From Eledone cirrhosa (taxonomy: Eukaryota), in contig OZ024741.1 in NCBI GenBank assembly GCA_964016885.1, positions 305,970,001 to 306,034,000 of the forward strand: DNA of 64,000 bases, given 5' to 3'. A program made the translations under genes and the position numbers. Every line of letters starts with the position of its first letter. Within the stretch, counting starts at the first letter, position 1. Shown in pieces: positions 38,664 to 51,528 of this stretch. Below the pieces are notes generated by a model, which was not told where the DNA came from, did no database searches, and saw nothing but the letters and a program-made list of their open reading frames with translations.

Positions 38664-39143
38664 ATTATATATATATATATAATATAACATAAAAGTAACA
38701 AAGATCGCTGGCATTAAGTTATCGTTCTGTGACCAACATTTAGCTCACTCAATGAATCTGCTGAATTGCAGTAATGCAGCTGCAATCAGGTGTTCAGAGT
38801 GCACACATTTAGTTAATAGCAGATACAGTGGCTGTTTTTTAGTAGAAATAAAATAAACATCTCAACTCCTGGTCGATATCGTTTCTGTGCAACATAACTT
38901 CACAAAAGCAGATATTACATCCACAGGTTGAAGTCCATATACATATATATGTATATATCAAAAGTATGTGTACAAACCAATCAAGAAGGAGAGAGATAGG
39001 AGATTAGTTGTGAGAATTATCAGCCAGTAGTGAAGCGGACAGTGTGCTCAATGCGTATTAAGTGCAAGACAAGCGAACAATGAGAGTAAGCAAGAGAAAT
39101 ATATGTCAAGCAAAAAGTGTATAGCCAGAGCGTTAATATAAAA

Positions 39144-39362
39144 ATTAATTGTTACAGAATACAGTATCAAATTCTTGAACAAATATATTTGTTCAAGAAT
39201 TCGGTACTGTATTCTCTAACAATTAATATATATATAATTTAAAAACGGTGGGCAAAGACAATGGGAAAATGGACGAAACACAAAGACCTAGAGCGGTTGA
39301 CTGATGAGTAGGGACTGTACTGTGTTTCGTTCTTTTTTCTGTTGTCTTCACCCACTGTTTTT
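39144..39362. repeat. Two adjacent palindromes (39144-39227 near perfect; 39241-39362 imperfect)
   Basis: ATTAATTGTTACAGAATACAGTA...TACTGTATTCTCTAACAATTAAT, and AAAAACGGTGGG...CCCACTGTTTTT with CTGATGA in the loop. Confidence 0.8.
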
Positions 39363-39414
39363 AATTCATTGTATGGCCTTAGCCATGCAGGACACTTTTT
39401 TTCAAATTTATATA

Positions 39415-39450
<36 letters not shown>

Positions 39451-39730
39451 CTGTCGAAATGGCCAGAGCTCAGTCGTCAGGGTCCTGAATCTTTTCATAT
39501 ATATATATAGAGAGAGAGAGACTTCAACTTATTTGTATCGTTGTTATGGTATAAACTGTGGTGACATGCATTTCATTGCTTCATTCTTGGTGTCACACTT
39601 TTTTAACTCTGTGTTTACTCTGGATGAAAATGTATTAACTTTTCGCATGATTGAATGCTTCGTCACTGCCTCAAACAATTCAATTGATATCTGCTATATT
39701 GCAGCTACAACTTCGATTTATACTTATTAT

Positions 39731-39880
39731 TCATCATCCTCATTTTACATCCGCTTTTCCCTGCTTGCAAGGGTGGGACGGGTCCTATTCAGCACAGCAT
39801 CTCTCCACTTGTCACGGTCCTTTGTCATCTCCACTGTGAGCTTCAGCGATCTGAGCTCTGCTCTCACCGCCCCCACCCAT
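39731..39880 (-). mobile_element. Degenerate RTE 3' end
   Basis: Similar to 27870-28010 in reverse orientation. Confidence 0.65.
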
Positions 39881-39931
39881 GTTTTATATATGTCACCATA
39901 CTTGCCCCAGCTTACTGCATTCTGAATTTAA

Positions 39932-40140
39932 CCCTTTAGCATTTACATTATTCTATATTTACTATTGTATTTTCACAGTAAAGGCTTTACCTCACATAAT
40001 ATTGAATCTATGAGATTATGATATTATTTAATTTGAGAACAATACCTTAACATCAGTATGAGTGGCTTAGTTACAGCCAGTTTGAACAGACAGAGGTGAG
40101 AGAATTCTGGCCAGAAAGGGCACATTTAAATGTTAAAGGG
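39932..40140. mobile_element. piggyBac-like MITE, second copy
   Basis: TTAA|CCCTTTAGCATTTA...TAAATGTTAAAGGG|TTCA; colinear with 5920-6127. Confidence 0.75.
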
Positions 40141-40390
40141 TTCAATCCGGCAGAGGTCAATAAATAACTACCAGTCCAGTACTGGGATTGGTCTCTCTCT
40201 CTCTCTATCACTCTTACTCTCTTTCTCTAAAAGAAATTAGCTGTACTCCGACCTGGAAACTGATGGGCTCTGCCAGTTTAAAAGTGTGCAAGACGCATCG
40301 CGTGTCAGAACAATGCCTCTATGACTACATCAGGAGTTAAGGGCCCTTCTTAAGTGATTTAGTGATAGTTAGTTCGATAATATCTAATAT

Positions 40391-40578
40391 CTATGAATGA
40401 TACACTTTGACAATTTCTGTGATGTCTTTTCGACAAATTGGACATCCATCTTGCTTGTTGAGAAGCATGCTGGAACAGATGTAACAGGTGACCATGTGGT
40501 GACATGGGCAGAGCAGGCAGTCCCGAGCATTGGCCATACAGATAGCACAGTCTTGTTCACTGCTGATATATGGCATAC
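40391..40578 (-). CDS. Terminal coding exon of a host C-terminal RING-HC (C3HC4) E3 ubiquitin ligase
   Basis: CAIC...CPCHHMVTCYIC...CPICRKDITEIVKVYHS-stop. The acceptor is a long polypyrimidine tract plus TTGCAG (AG at 40580-40579), phase 1. Confidence 0.9.
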
Positions 40579-40697
40579 CTGCAAGAGAAAGAGAGAGAAA
40601 TATTTAAAAATGAATTAGTCATGAAAGAAAGAGGAGGAGGAGGAGGTGGGGGAATAATGGATGTAAAAACGATGGTATATATATATAGATATATCCA

Positions 40698-40729
<32 letters not shown>

Positions 40730-40799
40730 TTACGTTATTCCGGGTTGAATCGGAGGTAACCACAGTAAGTAAGGTACTCACTACATTGCAGAGTATAAA

Positions 40800-41437
40800 A
40801 GTTTTAATATAGATGAGATTCTACAGGACTAGAACTGTTTCATTCTTTAGAAATCATCAGGAATCTGGGTATCAAAAAATAAATATGGTATTTATAGGTC
40901 TCTACAAGTGGTAGGAGAAAGTGGGGAGTGGGATGGGTGTAGGTCATTGGTTGATAGAAAAGGGAATTCATTAAAAGCTAATTCTACAAAGCTATAGTTT
41001 ATTTTTATTTTTAGAGTAACAAAGGCAGACAGAATTCTATAAACAGGTTCTGGATGGCATACCATTCCTTGTCATTAAGTTTCTCTTAAGCTAACAGATG
41101 TCTATAAGATCAGTGGGGGGTCAGTCATGGTAGATAGAATTAAAGGAAAGGGAGATTCTTTAAAAGCTAAATTCATTAAGGTTCTACTAAGTGACAAAGG
41201 TTTAGAGAATTCTGTAGACAGATTCAAAATACTGAGTGCATATCTTACAATTATCTTCGAACTTCCCTTAAACTAATCAACTATATGCCAAAAATCAACA
41301 GACACATACACAAAAAAAACACTCACTCACACGCTCGCACGCAACCATAAACACACATACACATACACATATACACACATAAAAAAAAACCCCACACATA
41401 TATAAATATATTTATATACACATATATATACACACAC

Positions 41438-41504
<67 letters not shown>

Positions 41505-41625
41505 TACATATATATACACACACAAACACACACACACATATATACACATATATATACACTCACACACATGCATACATACACACAAATATACATGTCTATA
41601 CATATACATATACATATACATATAT

Positions 41626-41678
<53 letters not shown>

Positions 41679-41698
41679 TAAAATACACACACATATAT

Positions 41699-41745
<47 letters not shown>

Positions 41746-41762
41746 CACACACATACACACAA

Positions 41763-41813
<51 letters not shown>

Positions 41814-41862
41814 TATATACACATAAACAAATATATACATATACATACACACACATACACAC

Positions 41863-41913
<51 letters not shown>

Positions 41914-41939
41914 TATACACATATATAAGGAAAAAGCAC

Positions 41940-42001
<62 letters not shown>

Positions 42002-42020
42002 TACACCATTCATACATATA

Positions 42021-42078
<58 letters not shown>

Positions 42079-42079
42079 C

Positions 42080-42114
<35 letters not shown>

Positions 42115-42132
42115 TACATACATATACACAAA
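40800..42132 (-). repeat. Left arm of ~1.3-kb inverted repeat
   Basis: The unique part 40800-41330 is near identical to the reverse complement of ~51600-52150. Microsatellite landmarks (AAGGAAAAAGCACC, GAGATACACCA) are also mirrored. Confidence 0.95.
40816..40866 (-). ncRNA. Type I hammerhead ribozyme motif, sense to host pre-mRNA
   Basis: AGATTC-CTGATGA-tTTCTaaAGAAt-GAAA-CAGttctagtcCTG-TA-GAATCT: 6-bp stem I, 4-bp stem III, GUA cleavage triplet, weak stem II. Confidence 0.75.
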
Positions 42133-42199
42133 TACATACACATATATACACACATATATATATATATATATATACACATACATATACATATACATATAT

Positions 42200-42252
<53 letters not shown>

Positions 42253-42389
42253 AATATACATATATACACACACATATATATACACATACACACACACAAA
42301 ATATATAAAACATATATATATACATATACACACACATACATACACACATACACACATACATACATACATATACAAATATATACACATAC

Positions 42390-42445
<56 letters not shown>

Positions 42446-42448
<3 letters not shown>

Positions 42449-44598
42449 GATACGTATCGTAGGTTCATATACAATGAATTAAATAGAAACTATAAAAAGA
42501 CAACAAGCGCAAACTTAGATGAAATTAATAAGGAAGCATGTGCAATAGTGGATAAACTAGGTCTGGAAAAGTATACCCAAACTTATACCCCTAGGCAACC
42601 CAGGTTCACCCTTAAAGACCATAAGGCTGACTTCATTAGTAAACCCTCTGTTAGACTAATTAGCCCATCGAAGTCAGATATAGGAATTATCAGTAAGAAA
42701 ATTTTAGACGGCGTTATACCCACCATCAGGAGGAAAATACATCTAGAGCTATGGGAGAATACGGAAGAGGTTTTGAAATGGTTCTCAAGCCTTAGCAACC
42801 ATAAATCCCTTAAATTTATACAATTCGACATCGATGCGTATTACACCTCAATCTCCCCCATACTCCTTAATAAGGCCCTAATCATGGCGATGCAGAAAAG
42901 TGACCTCACTAGATCTCAAATTGATGTCATTCTTGCGGCCCGGAAAACGATAATCACATTTGAGGATGAATTGTGGACCCACAAGAATACGCCCAGCAAT
43001 TTCGACATCACAATGGGATCTAGTGACTCTGCACAAGTAACGGACCTGGTAGGATTGTACCTCTTAAAGGAGTTACATGAGACATTACCACACTTGAAGG
43101 GCGGCTTATACCGTGATGACGCCCTCCTCACTCTCGAGTATAAAAAGTGCAATATAGAAAGAACTAGGAAGCAATTACGTAGGTTCTTTAAAAACTTTAA
43201 TCTAATATTACCATAGATGCAAATGATAAAACAGTAAACTTCCTAGACGCCACCCTTGACCTAGAAAGTAAAACATTTGCACCCTACCATAAACCTAACG
43301 ATAGACTAACATATGTAAACGCCAGCTCTAACCACCCCAAATCAGTCCTAAACGCTATTCCCAGGGGGTCTCTAACAGAATTAGCAGACTGTCCTGTAAT
43401 GAGAGTATCTTCAACTCCAATGCAGAGTATTATGACAGGGCCCTAGCAGAATCTGGTTACGGGAGTAGATTATCATATATACATAAGGACTCTCAAACCA
43501 TGAGTGTGAAACCTACCTACATAATCACACATAGTATGGCCACAAAGCCTAACCAAATTAGATGCAAGAATCATAGTAAGAACCCTAATGGCGATAACCT
43601 AGCTAAATGTAAACCACGTAAAGACGATACTAGAGTCCCCCACCACAACTCTAAAACAGTAAATGATCACGCCATGAATATAAACCATCCGGGCTTAAGT
43701 AAAACGGACAACGCCACTAACGTTAATAACGGAACCCTACAAAATAGTACGCACAGTAGCGAGACTCACCCCACAGATAAGAAAAATAGAAGAAGGAAAA
43801 ACATGTATTTTAACCCACCTTTTAACTCTGAGGTCCTCACTAACCTCCCCTGAGTATTCTTCTCATTATTTGAAAAAAACTTCCCACCAGGCAATAGATA
43901 CCGCAACATAATTAACAAAAACGTAATTAAATTATCCTATTCGACCACACCTAACCTCGCATCACACCTAGCACGTACGAACATTAGGAAAACTAAGGAG
44001 GGATTCGAAGCAATTAAAATGGCAGTTAACCACCAGCAACCGACTGCACTAGAAAATGGGCAACATAATAGAATCAATGAGCCATCTAATGATATAGAGG
44101 CACCTAGTGATAATGCGAGTAACCAAACTTCGGGAGGTATGCTAACTAATCGAACCCGCAGTTGCAATTGTAGGCGGAATAGTAACTGTCCCCTAAGGGG
44201 GGATTGCCTCACGAAAAACATAGTATATGCATGTGACGTAACCACACACAACTCTACCAAAACATATATAGGAGCAACGTCCAATACATTTAAAACTAGA
44301 TTTAACGCGCATATGTACACATTTAGACACGACAGACATAAGAATGCCACCTCACTGGCGGGATACATCTCCTTCTTAAAAAATAAAAAATAATAGTACC
44401 CCATACAAACTTTTTTGGAGGAAGCTTACTAGATCCACGCCATACCGACCACAGAGCGGAAGTTGTGACCTGTGTTTACTGGAATGCCATGCCATAATAC
44501 ACTCTAAACTTAACCTGCTTAACAGGAAATCGGAAATTTTCTCCTCATGCCAACACAAAATCCTGAGTTCCTTCTTCTATTTTAAACCTAGCACATAG
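42446..44598 (+). pseudogene. Penelope-like element ORF (RT + GIY-YIG), Naiad-type, 5'-truncated and disrupted
   Basis: [61 protein letters not shown] (CxCx5C), IVY..TYIG, CDLC..E. Frameshifts near 43205 and 43365; stops at 43851 and 44391. Confidence 0.92.
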
Positions 44599-45327
44599 AC
44601 GTAACATATATCACGCAACCCCCACCTAGACTATAGTTCCCCCCCTTCCCCCCCCCCCAACCCGTAACCTAGATAGATAGGTACCGTAAGGGTGGTGCAG
44701 TCCCCTACAAGGTTGGTGCTCTTGCGTGTGTGTGTGTGTGTATTCTCCTTTTATCTCTCACACGCACGCACACGCAGACATATGTGTGGGTGTGCGTGCG
44801 TGTGTGCATGCATGCACGCATGTGTGCGTGCATTGTATGTAAGTATATTGTGTGTATATGTATGTATATATATGTATATGCATGTGTGTGTGTGTATGTG
44901 TATATTGTATGCATGCGTATTATATTGTGTGTATGTGTATGTGTGACATGTATGTGAATATATGTATGTATGCGTATGAGTGGGTATGTGTAAGTGTATA
45001 ATGTGTGTATGTATGTATATATGTATGTATACTCTTCTGTAGAAATTCTCTCTATGTGTGCTGTGTGGCATGAATTCCCCCTATAATACTCTTCTCTGAG
45101 AGGAGCACGATATGCAGAGTAACACATATGTATTGCCGAAGTTGAAACTGAGAACCACCACCCCTCCTGTTGACCTGGATGTTTACTGAGGACCAAAACA
45201 CCATTCTTCGGAATATAAGAGCGAAATGCGCTTGCCGGACTATTGATGACCATAACATCACATTCCAATGTAGTGGCAAAATACAGTGAATGATATGCAC
45301 GACCAGAAAACCACAGCATGCATATCC

Positions 45328-45493
45328 AAACAGCACAGATATGATATCAATGGGGGAATCAAATGAAAAATGTTTTGAGTTGAAACAGCACAGATATGAT
45401 ATCAATGGGGGAATCAAATGAAAAATGTTTTGAGTTGAAACAGCACAGATATGATATCAATGGGGGAATCAACTGAAATTTTTTGAGTTGAAA
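45328..45493. repeat. 55-bp tandem repeat x3
   Basis: AAACAGCACAGATATGATATCAATGGGGGAATC... starts at 45328, 45383 and 45438. Confidence 0.95.
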
Positions 45494-46928
45494 TACATGT
45501 GGATATGTGTCTGTGTGTATCGAACACACGAACACATAAGGAGGCTCTTGACCTAAATATACCTGTCATGCCTGTCTGAATCCTTAAGGGAACTGCCGGC
45601 CAGTTACTGTCTTGACCGATTGTAGTACCACTGGGTGAATCATTTGAGTTTTTTGGGTTGAAATACATATAGATATGTGTGTGTGTGTCGGACACACGTA
45701 CACACATAAAAAAGCTGTTATGCCTGCCTGAATTTTCGGTCAGTTGCTGACTTGACTGATTAACCCCACAATTACTACGTAGCGGTTCTTGCACGTGACT
45801 ACTGGACCCGGATGAAACGAAGACGAAGAATTTCCTTCCGCACCGTTTTGTACCACAGATGCGATATCACCCTGCTTCGTTGATGTCCTATCGACACCAA
45901 AGTTCAACGTTTGGGTATCACACCAAACCGGAGTACTGTGATCCTTGTGACTTCCAAATATACAACCACTGACACTGTCACGAAGACCAGGAAACCATAC
46001 TCCATATATTGAACCAATTGATTGATTTGTGCGAACAAAATAACACCAAACACATATTGAACTAGGAATATTGGATCCTCGGTCAATGTCCGGGTGAGCA
46101 AAAATTGACTTCTACCTGCATTGGAATTTACAAACTTGTGCATCTGCTGTGGTGTCAAAAACAAACGCACATGACCGCACAGATAAACAATGGACCATGC
46201 CACGTGGCTTGAACCCGTAAGTGAATTGAAGGTTCTGAAACTCTGATACACATATTGTTTATTATTTATTATTAAGATGTATAAACCGGACACAACTGTT
46301 ATCATCCTATATTCTCTCAACGAATCACACTTGATCATATTTCTCTATCCTGTTTTCTCCCCCCATAATTATTATATTTTTATTATTTTTTATTATTTTT
46401 TTTATTATTGTTTGAAAAAAATCGTTTTTTTTACATTGTGTTTTCCCCTCCAAATATTCGCTTATATTTCCTTATATATTCTCTATATATTTTTTATCTT
46501 TATTATTACTTCCACTTTTATCCTCCTTTATATTTTACCTTATTCTTACCTTTATACCTTATTATAGTGTAATCTTCCCCATGCCTTATTATACACTATT
46601 AATTATAGATTATTATTATTACTCTTTTTCCATTTCTAATTACCTCATGTACCTTCTCCTCCGCTATATGTATATATGTATTCTACGCCCTTTGTGTTTG
46701 TGTAGCCTCTGCGCACCCTCTGCACCATACTATCCACGCCACCCCATCTATGGTTCAGCTAACCACCCGACCCCCGATGACCGCAGCTAGTAAACAAGGA
46801 CCAACACCCCACCCTCCCGCACCAAAATTAGACTTATCGTCCCCTACTTTTGCTCTTTACTCTCTTTACTCTTTGTTCTTGGGTGTTTGGTTGGTAGAGT
46901 CCATAACACCAATCAAACCCCTTTTATA

Positions 46929-46975
46929 GCTCTGATGAATCCTACGGTTACACGTAAGGAAGAAACATTGTTAGC
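46929..46975 (+). ncRNA. Hammerhead ribozyme motif, probably the 3' pLTR of the + strand Penelope element
   Basis: gct-CTGATGA-aTCCTACG gttaca CGTAAGGAa-GAAA-cattg-TT-agc. Confidence 0.6.
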
Positions 46976-47034
46976 CAATAAAAATCTTTTGATGTTGTAG
47001 ACGCTCTTGTGTTCTTTTTCATATATATATATAT

Positions 47035-49926
47035 ATCTGTAACACTAACTTCAAAAAACGTGACAATCACCTGATCACCTATAGATCCGGGGAACACACA
47101 AGCCAGGTAGATTATATCCTTACCAGAAGACGTGACAGAGTGTCTGTTGTAAACACTAAATCCCTCCCCCATGAAGAATGCACCTCCCAACATAGACTGA
47201 TAATTAGCGACCTCATAGTCAGGACGAGACATACTCGACAGCAGAAGAGGACTATCCTCAGGAGAAAAATATGGAAGCTAAAGGACCCCACAGCCAGGAA
47301 TAAATTTCAAAGCATATTACTTGATGCTTTCGACAGTAAGGAAGAACATTTAGAGTCGGACAATATAGAGGGAGAGTGGGAATTTCTGAAAGCAAACCTG
47401 CTGTTGGCGACAGACGAAGTCTGTGGCTGGAGCAGGCCTGTAGGCAGGAGGAGAGTAGCATGGTGGTGGAACAGTAAGGTGGAGGGGTCAATTAAGGCCA
47501 AAAAGCAGGCTTGGAAAGTATGGCGGGATGGGGGAAGTAGAGAAGACTATCAAGTGGCCAAGAGGGAAGCTAGGAGACAAGTGTACTTAGCAAGAAGGGA
47601 AGCTGAGGAAAGAAAGTTCAAGCATGTTCTACAACGCGATGACCAAAAACGTGAGGTGTTCAGGATTGCTAGGCAATGCGTCAAGGAAAACCGTGATATT
47701 GTCGGGGAGAAGTGTGTACTAAACGATGATGGCACACTTGCCATCACCGACGCTGATAAGAAGGTAGCTTGGAAGTGTCACTATGAAAGGCTACTAAATG
47801 AGGAGAATAAATGGGAGAAAGACAGTCTCCCCCATATCGACCCAATAGAGGGACCAGCAGTGTTAGTCGAGGGGAGTATAATAAGTAAGGCAATCAAGGA
47901 TATGAAGACGGGTAAGGCGGCTGGGCCTTCGGAAATAGTTGCTGAGATGCTGAAGGCATCTGGCACGGTGGGACACACCATGGTCACCCGCATAGTTAAC
48001 CAAGTCGTACAGAATGGGGTTGTTCCGAAGGACTGGCATAGCAGCATCATCGTTAACTGTTATAAGGGTAAAGGAGACGCCCTAGATAGGAGTAACTATA
48101 GAGGCATTAAATTAATCGACCAGGTCATGAAGGTCACGGAAAAAGTAATAGCACAACTAATCAGAGAGAGAATTGACCTAGATGAAATGCAGTTCGGGTT
48201 TGTGTCAGGCAAAAGTACCACAGACGCTCTTTTCATTGTACGACAACTACAGGAGAAGTACCTAGCTAAAGGTAAACCCCTCTACTTAGCTTTTGTCGAC
48301 TTGGAGAAAGCCTTCGACAGAGTCCCCCGCTCCATTATCTGGTGGGCTCTTAGAAAACTAGGCGTTGACGAATGGCTTGTGAGAGCTATACAAGCCATGT
48401 ATAAAGAAACAGTCAGCAAGGTTAGAATTAACAACGAATATAGTGAAGAGTTTAGCATAAAAGTTGGCGTCCATCAGGGCTCTGTTCTCAGCCCCCTACT
48501 ATTTATTATTGCCCTTCAGGCTATAACAGAGGAGTTCAAGACCGGCTGCCCATGGGAACTCCTATACGCAGACGACCTGACACTCATAGCGGAATCAATG
48601 GCCGAGCTAGAGAAGAAATTCCAAACATGGAAGCACGGCCTAGAATCAAAAGGCCTTAAAATTAACCTGGCTAAGACTAAAGTTCTAGTTTGTAGGAAAG
48701 AAAATAAGGCGGCGGTCCCTTCTGGGAAATGGTCGTGCTCGGTGTGTAGGAAAGGCGTAGGTAGAAACTCCATTTTATGTCCTAAATGCAAAGTATGGGT
48801 GCATAAAAGATGTAGTGGGATCACAGGTAAGCTAACTAAGAACATAGATTTTACATGTGGCCGGTGCTCTGGTGCAATAAGTAGCAGCAAGTGCCCACAA
48901 AATACTAGCTCTTTCAATTGCGCAGAGGGTTCTATAGAAATAGTGGACAGTTTCCGTTACCTGGGTGATAAAATCAGCAGTGGGGGAGGGTGCTCTGAAA
49001 GTACAGTAGCTAGAGTCAGAACTGGTTGGAAAAAGTTCAGAAAGCTTATACCACTATTAGCTGCTAAAGGGTTCTCCCTAAAAATGAAAGGCAGGTTGTA
49101 CGATGCCTGCATACGAACAGCAATGTTGCATGGCATGGCAGTGAGACCTGGGCATTGTGTGCAGAGGATATACGCAGACTAGAGAGGAACGAAGCTTGCA
49201 TGCTCCGCTGGATGTGTAACAGTAATATACGTGAACGGCAAAGCATAAACGAACTAAGGAAAAAATTAGAAATAAGAGGGATCAGATGTTGTTTACTTGA
49301 GAGAAGGCTACGTTGGTATGGACACGTGATGCGCATGAAAGTCGATAGCTGTATAACAAAGTGCAGGGCAATAAAGATAGACGGTAGCCACGGAATAGGC
49401 AGATCTAGAAAAACCTGGGACGAGCTGATAAACTCCGACCTCACACACTTACACCTCTCCAAGACAATGTCACTGGACCGAGACCTTTGGCGGTACTCAG
49501 TAACAGAGAAGACCCGCCTTACCTAAATACATAGTAAAACCTACTACAGCCAGTAGGCATCTCTAACAAAATACCCCCCCCCCCCCGTCCCACCACCCCC
49601 ACCCCATCCACGCCACCCCATTCTATGTAAAGTTGTGTTGGTGCCACACCATCCAGGCCGAAACAAATGAGATCGTGCAGGTGTCACGACAAAAAAACAC
49701 ACAGTCCACGCTGTAATGTGGCCGTGTAGGCAACACGGTAAAAACCTCCCAGACCCACACTGTAAATGTGGTTGGTGTTAGGAAGGGCATCCAACTGTAG
49801 AAAACCTGCCAGGCAGTCCTATGCGAGCAAGTCAATCACTCTTGCCTCAAGTGGGACTACCCCCGTCCAAACCCATGCAAGCGTGGAACACGGACGTTAA
49901 ACGTTGATGATGATGATGATGATGAT
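47035..49926 (+). mobile_element. 5'-truncated RTE LINE (subfamily 2), RT + PHD finger; frameshift from TGGCA duplication at 49131-49140
   Basis: Starts inside the APE domain (ICNTNFKKRDNHLITY) directly after (TA)n. Has YADD and CSVC..CPKC..HKRC..CGRC, and ends in (GAT)n. Confidence 0.95.
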
Positions 49927-50032
49927 ATACACATACACATACATACACATACATACATATACACACACATACATACACACATATACACACACACATATAT
50001 ATATACACACACACACACATACACACATACAA

Positions 50033-50101
<69 letters not shown>

Positions 50102-50136
50102 CATATACATATATACAAACATACACATACATACAC

Positions 50137-50199
<63 letters not shown>

Positions 50200-50500
50200 T
50201 ATACACATATACATACACATACATACATAAATATACACATATAAAACACAAATACACACATACATATATACATATACATACACATACATATACACACATA
50301 CACACAAATATATACACATACAAATAAATAAGTACTCAATAAATATACGCATATACGCAGGCACATAAAAACACCTCTACAGGCAGAAAATGTAGATAGG
50401 AAAGAGGTACTCACATAACCATAGTGGCCGTATTACAGGTTGAGGAGGGGTGGGTGTAGGGTGGGATGGAGGTATAGGGGCCAATAGGGGGAGGTCGTTT

Positions 50501-50850
50501 TTAGCCATCGGGCTTTAACACTGGCTTAAAGTGTTTGAAAGTTGCAAAGTTCTTGTGCATGCAGTTCGGGCAGTGTTCAGAGAGTTTGTTCAGTAGCGGG
50601 CCCTTGGCGAATAAAATTTCGTAGCTCTCTGAAATACAAAGGTCGCAGCCCTTGTGTCCTCCGTTGTAAGAGCGCGCTTTCTGGAGTATTTTCCATTTAA
50701 GCGTGAAGGCGGTGGAGTTCCTTTTGAGGTCCCAAACGTAGGAGACGAGTGTTGTCTGATTTGATTTGTCCGGTATTCTGAAGGAGTGGGTATGGGCATA
50801 CCAACGAGTCTTAAAGTTGTTGGAGGTCATGCTGATGTAAGTTTTTTTGC
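50501..50850 (-). pseudogene. C-terminal GIY-YIG endonuclease fragment of a second Penelope family
   Basis: [22 protein letters not shown]...WKIL...CDLCISE..I...LLNK..E...CMH is homologous to 44260-44560. Confidence 0.88.
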
Positions 50851-50852
50851 AA

Positions 50853-50870
50853 TTTGTGTATATGTATGTA

Positions 50871-50907
<37 letters not shown>

Positions 50908-50908
50908 G

Positions 50909-50960
<52 letters not shown>

Positions 50961-50979
50961 TATATGTATGACTGGTGTA

Positions 50980-51070
<91 letters not shown>

Positions 51071-51180
51071 GTGCTTTTTCCTTATATATCTGTATATGTG
51101 TGTGTGTGTATGTATATATATATGTATGTATGTGTGTATGTGTGTGTATGTATATGTATATATTTGTTTATGTGTATATA

Positions 51181-51235
<55 letters not shown>

Positions 51236-51244
51236 ATGTGTGTG

Positions 51245-51285
<41 letters not shown>

Positions 51286-51291
51286 ATTTTA

Positions 51292-51334
<43 letters not shown>

Positions 51335-51465
51335 ATATATGTATATGTATGTGTATATATATGTATATGTATACACATGTATATTTGTGTGTATGTATGT
51401 ATGTGTGTGAGTGTATATATATATATGTGTATATATGTGTGTGTGTGTGTGTGTATATATATGTA

Positions 51466-51528
<63 letters not shown>

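Noticed and set aside
41323-42403. Tyr/Ile/Cys/Val-rich ORFs (also 11331-11757, 32314-33530, 49847-51665)
   Set aside because: These are translations of (TA)n/(TG)n/(TACA)n microsatellites.
43851-43853. In-frame TGA in the Penelope ORF as selenocysteine (some Naiad elements are selenoproteins)
   Set aside because: It is not at a conserved Cys position and is probably CGA>TGA. The linker cysteines are TGC/TGT, and I see no SECIS-like element downstream.
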